A stretch of 56,184 nt of DNA, from NCBI GenBank assembly GCA_045655065.1, contig JAZOOP010000066.1, positions 1 through 56,184 on the forward strand, written 5' to 3'. The notes beneath the pieces were generated by a model. That model was not told the DNA's origin and ran no database searches. It worked only from the letters and a program-made list of their open reading frames with translations. Positions 9,807 through 17,496 of this stretch are shown here, in pieces. The translations under genes and the position numbers were made by a program. Position 1 is the stretch's first letter. Each line of letters begins with the position of its first letter. The stretch comes from Christensenellaceae bacterium. Its GTDB lineage: Bacteria > Bacillota > Clostridia > Christensenellales > Borkfalkiaceae.

Positions 9807-10652
9807 CTATTTTATATGCACAAATTTGCCAATTTCGGCATAAAGATAGCCGTTTAATATAATTTTATTAATTTTTTCTTGCGAAAAAACAGCTATAGGG
9901 GTTAAGCCGTCGTAGACCACTATTTCGTTAATGCACTCGTCGTCTAAACACCTAATCATTTTATATATACTAACCGATTTATCTAATGCCGTGCGCTTAA
10001 TTTTTACGCCTTTTTTTAATTTGTTTGTAGAAATGCTAGATAATGCTTTTACGTACACGTTTTCTTTATCTTTATTCATTACTCCGCCTAGAATAAAAAT
10101 AGAAAATAGTAAAATAGAATAATTAATAGTATTAAACGCCGTGTAAATAAAGGCACCCAAAACTAAAATAAAAAACCCAAACCCTATGCCTTTATTTATT
10201 TTTAATGCCGTTTGGCTATTAAACTTTAACCTTAACAAAGAAAGCAATATTCTGCCCCCGTCTAAAGAGTGTATTGGTAATAGGTTAATAAAACCTATGG
10301 AAAAATTGGCTTCTACTATAATATCGGTAAAAGCATAAATTTCAGGGAACAGCCACCACAACGCAACGAAAAAAAGGCCTATTGCAATATTCATAATAGG
10401 CCCTGCCAATGCTATTTTAATTTGTTCTTTGCTTCTTAAGCCGTTTAAGTCGCCAGAAATTATTGCACCAAATGGCATTAGGGTTAATTTGTTTAACCTA
10501 TACCCTAAGTTTGACGCTACGAAAGAATGCCCCAATTCGTGTATAATTGCCGTTAGGGTATATACTGCGAATACTAAAAGATTTTTAGTAAACGCATAAT
10601 ACACCCCAAGAACAATAAATAGCGGATGAACTTTAATTTTTATACTGCCCAC
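9807..10652 (-). CDS. Site-2 protease (peptidase M50), SpoIVFB-like
   Basis: HELGH zinc motif, NLLPIHSLDGGR motif, multiple TM helices and a C-terminal CBS-like tail. GTG start overlaps the upstream gene by 13 nt. Confidence 0.8.
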   Translation of the reverse strand: MGSIKIKVHPLFIVLGVYYAFTKNLLVFAVYTLTAIIHELGHSFVASNLGYRLNKLTLMPFGAIISGDLNGLRSKEQIKIALAGPIMNIAIGLFFVALWWLFPEIYAFTDIIVEANFSIGFINLLPIHSLDGGRILLSLLRLKFNSQTALKINKGIGFGFFILVLGAFIYTAFNTINYSILLFSIFILGGVMNKDKENVYVKALSSISTNKLKKGVKIKRTALDKSVSIYKMIRCLDDECINEIVVYDGLTPIAVFSQEKINKIILNGYLYAEIGKFVHIK

Positions 10653-11404
10653 ACAACGTTTCCATCGCTACTAATAGTATAGTTTGTAATTACGCTACCA
10701 TCAAAGTCGGTAAAACACATAGTTGCTTCGCCGTTTAATATGTAACCTATTGGAATATTAGAATAAACCGTATCGTTTAGCGAACAATAAGCGTAGTCTA
10801 AACCCTTAAAAATAGAACTGAAATTATTGCTAAAAGAAATGCAAAGCGTATATTTGCCGTTTTCATCTACTAGCATATTGGTAACCTTTCCATCGCAAGG
10901 CGAATAAATACTGCCGTTACCACTTAAACACATAACCCCTTCGTCTACAAAAAGGTTTTCTAAATTAGTAACGGGTAGGTTTGGGTTAAATTCCACGTAT
11001 AGCCTATCGTCTACGCTTTCTGCTTGTTCAGCACCAAATACGTTGTTAAAGAAAACCAATAGCCCACTTTCTGGAACAAACATAGTGGTTAAACAAATTG
11101 TAGCAATTAAAACGCCTATTATTGCTAATTGAATAGCAATAATATTTGGTCTTTTTCTTTCCTTTTTTGTTTTTGCAACTATTACGGAAGATTGGTAGTC
11201 TTCGTTAGGTTTTTCACTATTGTTTTCGTTTAGTTCAGTTTCTTCGTTTAACACTGTATCGTTAACCTTTTCTATAAGTTGTTGTTTAACCTTGTCTAGT
11301 TCTTTGCTCTTTTTTTGTTTTTTGCGTTTAGCAGGCTTTACCGTAATATTACAGGAATTTACGGGTATTTCTAACATTTCTGCATACTGTAATTTATCAT
11401 TCAT
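10640..11404 (-). CDS. Membrane protein with degenerate LytM/M23-like C-terminal domain (SpoIVFA-like)
   Basis: Basic N-terminus, one TM helix, and a C-terminal SPCDGKV...IPIGYI beta-domain lacking the catalytic His residues. It is paired with the M50 protease as in spoIVFA-spoIVFB. The ATG at 11404 is preceded by AAGGAG. Confidence 0.55.
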   Translation of the reverse strand: MNDKLQYAEMLEIPVNSCNITVKPAKRKKQKKSKELDKVKQQLIEKVNDTVLNEETELNENNSEKPNEDYQSSVIVAKTKKERKRPNIIAIQLAIIGVLIATICLTTMFVPESGLLVFFNNVFGAEQAESVDDRLYVEFNPNLPVTNLENLFVDEGVMCLSGNGSIYSPCDGKVTNMLVDENGKYTLCISFSNNFSSIFKGLDYAYCSLNDTVYSNIPIGYILNGEATMCFTDFDGSVITNYTISSDGNVVWAV

Positions 11405-11474
11405 AACCACTCTCTCCTTAATTATCTATAAATACTTATGAATTTTATAAATGATATATGCAGGGTAAATAAAA

Positions 11475-11503
11475 AAATTTCGCCAAAAAAATTGGCGAAA
11501 TTT
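11475..11503 (-). terminator. Terminator downstream of apgM
   Basis: AAATTTCGCCAA-aaaaa-TTGGCGAAATTT perfect stem. A T-run follows on the minus strand. Confidence 0.7.
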
Positions 11504-11531
11504 AAGTTTTTTATGGTTGATTTAGGTTTGT

Positions 11532-12743
11532 TTAGTTTTTTAAAAACTCTTTCATTAACGAAAAGCCGTTTTCAAAGAAAATACCCGTTTTTTGTGCTTC
11601 TTTCTCTGTGTAACACTTAGCCGTTCCGTTAACCTTAACGCTACTTTTATGCATTATATAAGGTACGGGGTCGCTAACGTGGGTTTTAAGATTTAACGGA
11701 GTTGGATGGTCTGGTAAAATTAGAATGGCAAACTCTTCATTGCTACTTTGTAAATAGTCTAATATAGGTTTAACCACTATTTCATCTATTTGCTCAATAG
11801 AATAAATTTTGTGTTCTGCATCTCCGTGGTGGCCACACTCATCTGGGGCTTCCATATGCAAATAAACATAGTCAACACCATTTTTAAGAGCATTTATGCA
11901 AGCGTTTGCCTTGCCACTAAAATTAGTATCGTAATTACCGGTTGCACCTTCAACTTCTATAACTTGCATACCAGAAAGTTTGCCTATGCCTTTAAGTAAA
12001 TCTACCGCAGAAATTATTGCACCCTTAATACCATATCTTTCGGTAAAATTTTGTAGGCTTGGCTTAGTGCCTTCCCCCCAAAACCAAAGTGAGTTTGCAG
12101 GGTTTTTGCCTTGCTTTATTCTTTCTACGTTTATTGGGTGATTTTTTAATAACTCATAAGAAAGTTTTTGCATTTCTAAATATTGTAGCCCAATTTCATC
12201 AGTTGGCAAATATTCTTTAATTTTTTTATTAGTAATGTCGTGCGGTGGGGTTAAAGTGTTAGCAACCTTACCAAACGCAGTTACTAAACAATGCCTATAA
12301 CTTATTCCGTTATATAATTTTCTTTTTTCGTTATTAACGTGATTTGCAAGGTATTCTATTAATTCTTTGGCTTCTTCAGAAGAAATTTCGCCAGCAGAAT
12401 AGTCTACCATAGTTTTATCTTGGTAGTTTTCTTCGTTAGAAAGAGTTACTAGGTTAGCCCTTGCAGTAACGTCGGTATCTAATAAATTAATGCCAATAGA
12501 CGCCGCTTCTAGTGGCGACCTACCCGTGTAGCATTTTTCTACTTCGTAACCTAAAACGGAAAGGTTAGCCACGTCGCTACCAGGTTTTAAGCCGTTAGGA
12601 ATAGTTTTAACTAGCCCAACTTGGCTTTTAGCGCACAAAGAATCTATACTAGGTTTAAACGCTAGTTCTAATGGTGTTTTATTGTTTAAATTTGCTTGTG
12701 GATAGTCTGCCATACCATCCCCTAAAATAACTACGTATTTCAT
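11532..12743 (-). CDS. apgM: Cofactor-independent phosphoglycerate mutase, archaeal-type (ApgM family)
   Basis: MKYVVILGDGMADYP N-terminus and the metalloenzyme-superfamily HMEAPDECGHHGD motif. The ATG at 12743 overlaps the ung stop as ATGA. Confidence 0.85.
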   Translation of the reverse strand: MKYVVILGDGMADYPQANLNNKTPLELAFKPSIDSLCAKSQVGLVKTIPNGLKPGSDVANLSVLGYEVEKCYTGRSPLEAASIGINLLDTDVTARANLVTLSNEENYQDKTMVDYSAGEISSEEAKELIEYLANHVNNEKRKLYNGISYRHCLVTAFGKVANTLTPPHDITNKKIKEYLPTDEIGLQYLEMQKLSYELLKNHPINVERIKQGKNPANSLWFWGEGTKPSLQNFTERYGIKGAIISAVDLLKGIGKLSGMQVIEVEGATGNYDTNFSGKANACINALKNGVDYVYLHMEAPDECGHHGDAEHKIYSIEQIDEIVVKPILDYLQSSNEEFAILILPDHPTPLNLKTHVSDPVPYIMHKSSVKVNGTAKCYTEKEAQKTGIFFENGFSLMKEFLKN

Positions 12744-13408
12744 AAATTGCCCCAATCTATTGGAAGTATTCCGTGAGTAATTAAATATTTATTTGCCGTT
12801 AAAAAATGCCCGCACCCAAAAAACCCGTTATATGCAGAAAGTGGGCTTGGGTGAGCACTTTCTAAAACTAAATGTTTAGAAGTATCTATTAATTTTTTTT
12901 TGCTTTTTGCATTGTTGCCCCAAAGCAAGAAAACAACGTTTTTTCTTAATGAAGATATTTTTTCAATAATGCTATCTGTAAACTGTTCCCAACCCTTATT
13001 TTGATGAGAGTTTGGCATATGCGCCCTAACAGTTAACGCCGTGTTTAATAAAAGCACTCCTTGTTTAGCCCAATTAGTAAGGTCGCCACTAGCGGGAATA
13101 TCTATATCTAACTCTGCTTTAAGTTCCTTAAAGATATTAACAAGTGATGGCGGTTTTTCTATGCCGTTTGGCACGGAAAAAGAAAGCCCCATTGCTTGAC
13201 CTTCGTTATGATAAGGGTCTTGCCCCAATAAAACTACCTTAATAGAATTAAAAGGGGTTAACTTCATACTATTAAAAATGTTGTACATAGAAGGATACAC
13301 GGTATAGTTAGAATATTCGCTTTTTAAAAACTCTCTTAAGGTTTGGTAGTTTTCGCTAGCAAATTCTTCGTTTAATATCTCATCCCACTCTTTTGTAATT
13401 TTAACCAT
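12740..13408 (-). CDS. ung: Uracil-DNA glycosylase (family 1)
   Basis: VLLGQDPYH, LLLNTALTV and HPSPLS motifs. Confidence 0.95.
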   Translation of the reverse strand: MVKITKEWDEILNEEFASENYQTLREFLKSEYSNYTVYPSMYNIFNSMKLTPFNSIKVVLLGQDPYHNEGQAMGLSFSVPNGIEKPPSLVNIFKELKAELDIDIPASGDLTNWAKQGVLLLNTALTVRAHMPNSHQNKGWEQFTDSIIEKISSLRKNVVFLLWGNNAKSKKKLIDTSKHLVLESAHPSPLSAYNGFFGCGHFLTANKYLITHGILPIDWGNL

Positions 13409-13445
13409 AATTAATACACTATATATTATATAATATCATTTTCTT

Positions 13446-13474
13446 TTGACAAAATCAATATAATTATATATACT
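13446..13474 (+). promoter_or_regulatory. Sigma-A promoter for mntP
   Basis: TTGACA (13446-13451), a 17-nt spacer, then TATACT (13469-13474). Confidence 0.55.
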
Positions 13475-13503
13475 AAAAGAATAAAAAAATTAGGAAAACG
13501 AAA

Positions 13504-14109
13504 ATGAGTGTTTTAGACGTTATTTTAATAGGCGCAGTTTTGGCAATAGACGCTTTTGCATTAACCATAGCCAACTGCACCACTTATAAAAATTGTTTAG
13601 TTGGCAAAAAAGGGTTAAAACTACCTATTACATTTGGGTTGTTTCAAGGAATAATGCCGTTGCTTGGTTATTTTGTTGGACTACTAATAAATTTAGCATC
13701 TAACGGGTTTATTGAAAAAATTTCCGGTTACTTAACCTTTGCAATCTTTTTAATTTTAGCAACTAAAATAGTAATAGATAACGTAAAAGAAATTATTGAG
13801 TGCAATAAAGAGCAAGAAATAACAAACTGTCCTTGCCAAGAAAAAGAAACAAACCTAACTCTTCCTATTTTGCTTTTACAAGGACTTGCCACTAGTATAG
13901 ATGCTTTTGCAGTAGGTTTAACCTTTATTTCGGTACAATTTTCCGTTTACGTTGCCGTTCTAATTATTGCTCTAATAACTTTTGTGTTAGTTTTGTTAGC
14001 CTTGTTTGCAGGTAAAGCACTAGGCAAAATATTTGGTAAATATGCAGAGTGGGCGGGTGCAGTAATTTTACTAGCCCTTGCAATAAAGGCACTTGTTGGT
14101 GCGTTATAA
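13504..14109 (+). CDS. mntP: Manganese efflux pump MntP (DUF204)
   Basis: Two DUF204 repeats (AIDAFALT and SIDAFAVG) and about six TM helices. Confidence 0.85.
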   Translation: MSVLDVILIGAVLAIDAFALTIANCTTYKNCLVGKKGLKLPITFGLFQGIMPLLGYFVGLLINLASNGFIEKISGYLTFAIFLILATKIVIDNVKEIIECNKEQEITNCPCQEKETNLTLPILLLQGLATSIDAFAVGLTFISVQFSVYVAVLIIALITFVLVLLALFAGKALGKIFGKYAEWAGAVILLALAIKALVGAL

Positions 14110-14140
14110 ATTGCTATATAATATATATAATGTTTATAAA

Positions 14141-14170
14141 AAACGAACCTAGAATTTTCTAGGTTCGTTT
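14141..14170. terminator. Bidirectional terminator shared by mntP (+) and the 922-aa lipoprotein gene (-)
   Basis: CGAACCTAG-aatttt-CTAGGTTCG stem flanked by A- and T-runs. A near-identical copy lies at 17455-17478. Confidence 0.8.
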
Positions 14171-14179
14171 TTTTATTAT

Positions 14180-16948
14180 TTAATCAAAAATATCTTGTGC
14201 GTAAAATTCTAAGTCGCTTTCTATATAACCCCAAACTACTGGGCGATTTGAATAGTTCCAATCATAATCCCAACCACTTGGCTTACTTTCTGCTTCGCAA
14301 TAAATTGTTAATGAACTGCAACCAGAGAACGCCCCAGCACCTATACTTGTTACACTTTTTGGTATTTCTATTGCTTCTAATGAACTGCAATTACAGAACG
14401 CAACATAACCTATACTTGTTACACTGTTTGGTATTACTATACTTGTTAAATTACTGCACCCATAGAACGCAGAAGAACCTATACTTGTTACACTGTTGCC
14501 TATAGTTACGCTTGTTAATGAACTGCAATTACAGAACGCATCTTCACCTATACTTGTTACACTGTTGCCTATAGTTACACTTGTTAATAAATCGCAATAA
14601 CAGAACGCTTTATAACCTATACTTGTTACACTGTTTCCTATGGTTACACTTGTTAATGAATCGCACATATAGAACGCATAATCATTTATTTTTGTTGCTG
14701 TAGTTATATTTGCTTCTGTTACTAATTCATTGTTTATGTATAAGTTTTTAGCATGTAATAATGGGTTTGAATCTAAATCAGCAAATTCTATTTGCACCCA
14801 CTTATCTATTGTGCCTAAATAGTTTACTTTTGTTAATGAATCGCAATAATAGAACGCATTGTCACCTATACTTGTTACACTGTTTCCTATGGTTACACTT
14901 GTTAATGACTCGCAATATGAGAACGCAGCATAACCTATAATTGTTACACTGTCTCCTATGGTTACACTTGTTAATGATAAGCACATATAGAACGCCTCAT
15001 AACCTATACTTGTTACACTGTTTGGTATTTCTATTGCTTTTAAATCGCAATATTTGAACGCAGAATCACCTATACTTGTTACACTGTTTGGTATTTCTAT
15101 TGCTTTTAAATCGCAATTAAAAAACGTAGCCTCACCTATACTTGTTACGCTGTTTGGTATTTCTATGCTTGTTAATGACTCGCACTCACAGAACGCCACA
15201 TCACCAATACTTGTTACACTGTTTGGTATTACTATACTTGTTAAATTACTGCACCCATAGAACGCAGCATAACCTATAAATTTACAATTTTCGTTTATAT
15301 TGGCTGTGAAAATATACTTTGAAGTTACACTTGCTAAATATAAATATGGGTTTTCTTCATTGCCTAAATATTTTAGGTTTTCTTCTATATTATAAGTTAA
15401 ATTACTGCAACCAGAGAACGCCTCATCACCTATACTTGTTACACTGTTTGGTATTTCTATTGCTTCTAATGAACTGCAACCAAAGAACGCATCAGAACCT
15501 ACAAACCTACAATTATTGTTTATTGTTGCTGTTGTAAGATTTTTATCTGCAACACTTAAAAGATATAAATATTTATTATTTTCGTTGCCTAAATAGTTTA
15601 AACTGCTTTCTGTATTATAATTTAATGAACTGCAACCTTCAAATGCATAATCACCTATACTTGTTACACTGTTTGGTATTACTATACTTGTTAATTTACT
15701 ACAGCCAGAGAACGCAGAAGAACCTATACTTTTAACGGGCTTGCCTTCATATTCTTCTGCTATAATAATTTTTTTTGCAGTACCTTCATAGCCGATTACT
15801 TTTGCATAAGTGCCATCGGAAGAAATGTCATATATAACGCCCTCTGTTGCTCCTATTATTGCGTTACAAGTAGTGCAATAGCCAGAACCATCTGAAATAT
15901 GTTCTGCAATGTCTTTTGTTGCATCACAGTCGTTACACTTTATCCAATGGAAAGTATTATCTGTTGTATACGTTACTTGCCACTTATGGTCTGAAATAGG
16001 CGTATAATTTACTAGTTCTTCTATTCCACATATTGTACAAATTTTGTGGTCGTAACCTTGCGATTGGCAAGTTGGCTCTATTGTTTCAACTTCAAAGTCG
16101 TGGTCTTCATAAGTACCGTGCAAAAACTGTATTTCGTTACAAGTTTCGCATACGTGGTAAAATATTTTATTTTCGCAAGTATTGCCTTCATTGCCAAAAA
16201 CTATTAATTTCCCAAAAGTATGTACGTGCTCATTTTGTATTATGTTTTCTAATTCTGCAACCCTATCTAAAAGGGCATTTATAACTTCTCCTTGGGTTGC
16301 ATTTGTGGTTTTAATTTCTGCAATAAGGCTATTGATTTCTGCTAGTTTTGAATTGTAACCAGTGTTTATTTCTTCTATTTTGTTTTCTAGTTCATTTTTG
16401 TTTGTTTGTAATTGTGTGGTTAAATCACTTATACTGTTTTCTAACGTTTCTACTTCTTCTAAATATTTAGCGTCAAGGTTAGCCAAGGCCTGTTCAGTCG
16501 CTAAGTCCTTTTCTTGTAAGTCTGCTAAAGCTTCTTCATATTCATTTCTTAATGTTGTTATCGCTTCTTCTGTTGCTAAGTCCTTTTCTTGTAAGTCCGC
16601 TAAAGCTTCTTCGTATTCATTTCTTAAAGTTGCTAGTGCTTGTTCAGTCGCTAAGTCTTTTTCTTGTAAGTCTGCTAAAGCTTCTTCATATTCACTTCTT
16701 AAGGTTGTTAGCGCCTGTTCGTTTTCGGCTATTGTTGCCGAAAGTTCATTATCTTTTGCTTTATACTCTTCTGTCAATGCGTTTATTTTTGCTTCTAACT
16801 CTGTTTTGTTAGTATTAATTGTTGACTGAAGTTGTGCTATTAGTTCGTCTGTTTCAGTTGCCGTGTATGTTTTTTCGCAACCTGTTAACGTAAATGCCGT
16901 TAAACATAAAGTAACAATAGCCATTAGTACAATTAATAATTTTTTCAT
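14180..16948 (-). CDS. Surface lipoprotein with N-terminal coiled-coil repeats, a 10-Cys module and BspA-type leucine-rich repeats (922 aa)
   Basis: Signal peptide plus lipobox LTGC. It has 3x 25-aa heptad-like repeats and many 23-aa IPNSVTSIGxxAFxxCxSLTS LRR_5-type units. AGGAGG RBS. Confidence 0.85.
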   Translation of the reverse strand: MKKLLIVLMAIVTLCLTAFTLTGCEKTYTATETDELIAQLQSTINTNKTELEAKINALTEEYKAKDNELSATIAENEQALTTLRSEYEEALADLQEKDLATEQALATLRNEYEEALADLQEKDLATEEAITTLRNEYEEALADLQEKDLATEQALANLDAKYLEEVETLENSISDLTTQLQTNKNELENKIEEINTGYNSKLAEINSLIAEIKTTNATQGEVINALLDRVAELENIIQNEHVHTFGKLIVFGNEGNTCENKIFYHVCETCNEIQFLHGTYEDHDFEVETIEPTCQSQGYDHKICTICGIEELVNYTPISDHKWQVTYTTDNTFHWIKCNDCDATKDIAEHISDGSGYCTTCNAIIGATEGVIYDISSDGTYAKVIGYEGTAKKIIIAEEYEGKPVKSIGSSAFSGCSKLTSIVIPNSVTSIGDYAFEGCSSLNYNTESSLNYLGNENNKYLYLLSVADKNLTTATINNNCRFVGSDAFFGCSSLEAIEIPNSVTSIGDEAFSGCSNLTYNIEENLKYLGNEENPYLYLASVTSKYIFTANINENCKFIGYAAFYGCSNLTSIVIPNSVTSIGDVAFCECESLTSIEIPNSVTSIGEATFFNCDLKAIEIPNSVTSIGDSAFKYCDLKAIEIPNSVTSIGYEAFYMCLSLTSVTIGDSVTIIGYAAFSYCESLTSVTIGNSVTSIGDNAFYYCDSLTKVNYLGTIDKWVQIEFADLDSNPLLHAKNLYINNELVTEANITTATKINDYAFYMCDSLTSVTIGNSVTSIGYKAFCYCDLLTSVTIGNSVTSIGEDAFCNCSSLTSVTIGNSVTSIGSSAFYGCSNLTSIVIPNSVTSIGYVAFCNCSSLEAIEIPKSVTSIGAGAFSGCSSLTIYCEAESKPSGWDYDWNYSNRPVVWGYIESDLEFYAQDIFD
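16490..16714 (-). repeat. 3 x 75-nt in-frame tandem repeat (LxTLRxEYEEALADLQEKDLATEx)
   Basis: Three consecutive 25-aa units spanning aa 79-153 of the 922-aa protein, seen directly in the translation. Confidence 0.85.
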
Positions 16949-16960
16949 ATAAGCCTCCTA

Positions 16961-16995
16961 AAATAAAAAAGTGCGACAACCGAAGTTATCGCACT
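16961..16995 (-). terminator. Strong UUCG-tetraloop terminator hairpin inside the 5' leader, abutting the RBS of the 922-aa gene
   Basis: Minus-strand RNA GUGCGAUAAC-UUCG-GUUGUCGCAC (10 bp including one G-U) followed by UUUUUUAUUUU, then AGGAGG and ATG. Confidence 0.65.
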
Positions 16996-17018
16996 AAAAA
17001 CGCAAACTCCGTTAGTCG

Positions 17019-17167
17019 CCAAACCAATATTATGTGAAAAATGTTACTACACCTACATAAATGGAATTTGCATTTTTTACAAATTCAATATAATTAGTGT
17101 AGTAAAATAAGTGTTTTTTATTCATAAAAAAATAACACTTTTCCACAAATATTCAATTGGTTTGGCA
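17019..17167. repeat. Nested inverted repeats forming a ~150-bp imperfect palindrome in the leader of the 922-aa gene
   Basis: GCCAAACCAAT (17019-29) pairs with ATTGGTTTGGC (17157-67). TTACTACAC (17045-53) pairs with GTGTAGTAA (17098-106). GAATTTG (17065-71) pairs with CAAATTC (17081-87). Confidence 0.7.
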
Positions 17168-17173
17168 AACTTA

Positions 17174-17202
17174 GTATAACACACATTTAAAATTATATCA
17201 AG
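17174..17202 (-). promoter_or_regulatory. Candidate sigma-A promoter of the 922-aa lipoprotein gene
   Basis: Minus-strand TTGATA, a 17-nt spacer, then TGT-TATACT (extended -10). The predicted TSS falls at the outer inverted repeat. Confidence 0.45.
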
Positions 17203-17220
17203 TAATTTTTGGCAACAAAA

Positions 17221-17243
17221 AACGGCTTAAAAATTAAGCCGTT
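17221..17243 (-). terminator. Terminator following the orphan glnN 3' fragment (probably the ancestral glnN terminator)
   Basis: AACGGCTTAA-aaa-TTAAGCCGTT perfect 10-bp stem. On the minus strand it is followed by TTTTTTGTT. Confidence 0.75.
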
Positions 17244-17256
17244 TCTTTTTATTTGG

Positions 17257-17408
17257 TTTTATTTTAATATTTTACGCTATATAAAATATCTTCATAAGTT
17301 GGGTATGGCAAGAAAGATTTGCCTGTTAAAAGTTCTGCTTCATCTGCAAACTTTCTAACTTCTTTCATATCTTTAAGAATTACATCACGGCAATATTCTG
17401 CACGTTTA
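17257..17408 (-). pseudogene. Orphan 3'-terminal fragment of type III glutamine synthetase (last 48 codons, stop, and 7 nt)
   Basis: Ungapped 143/152 nt identity to 22502-22653, the true glnN 3' end. It would encode KRAEYCRDVILKDMKEVRKFADEAELLTGKSFLPYPTYEDILYSVKY* but has no upstream coding continuation. Confidence 0.9.
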
Positions 17409-17454
17409 TTGACGCTATATAATATATTGTTTATAAAGTATTTAAAAATTGAAA

Positions 17455-17478
17455 CGAACCTAGAATTTTCTAGGTTCG
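17455..17478 (-). terminator. Terminator of the 1650-aa lipoprotein gene (copy of the 14141-14170 module)
   Basis: Identical CGAACCTAG-aatttt-CTAGGTTCG hairpin. Flanking homology (GCTATATAATATAT..TGTTTATAAA) extends to 17414. Confidence 0.8.
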
Positions 17479-17496
17479 TTTTAGTTTGTTTGTTTT

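Noticed and set aside
13409-13503. A possible yybP-ykoY manganese riboswitch upstream of mntP.
   Set aside because: Only 95 nt separate ung and mntP, and a TTGACA-17-TATACT promoter occupies most of that. About 25-30 nt remain between the predicted TSS and the ATG, too short for the ~100-nt four-helix aptamer.
16362-16829. Plus-strand ORFs 16362-16829 and 16552-16812, plus other plus-strand ORFs inside 14180-16948.
   Set aside because: They are antisense to the coiled-coil and LRR repeats of the 922-aa lipoprotein gene. Their products are low-complexity and there are no translation signals.
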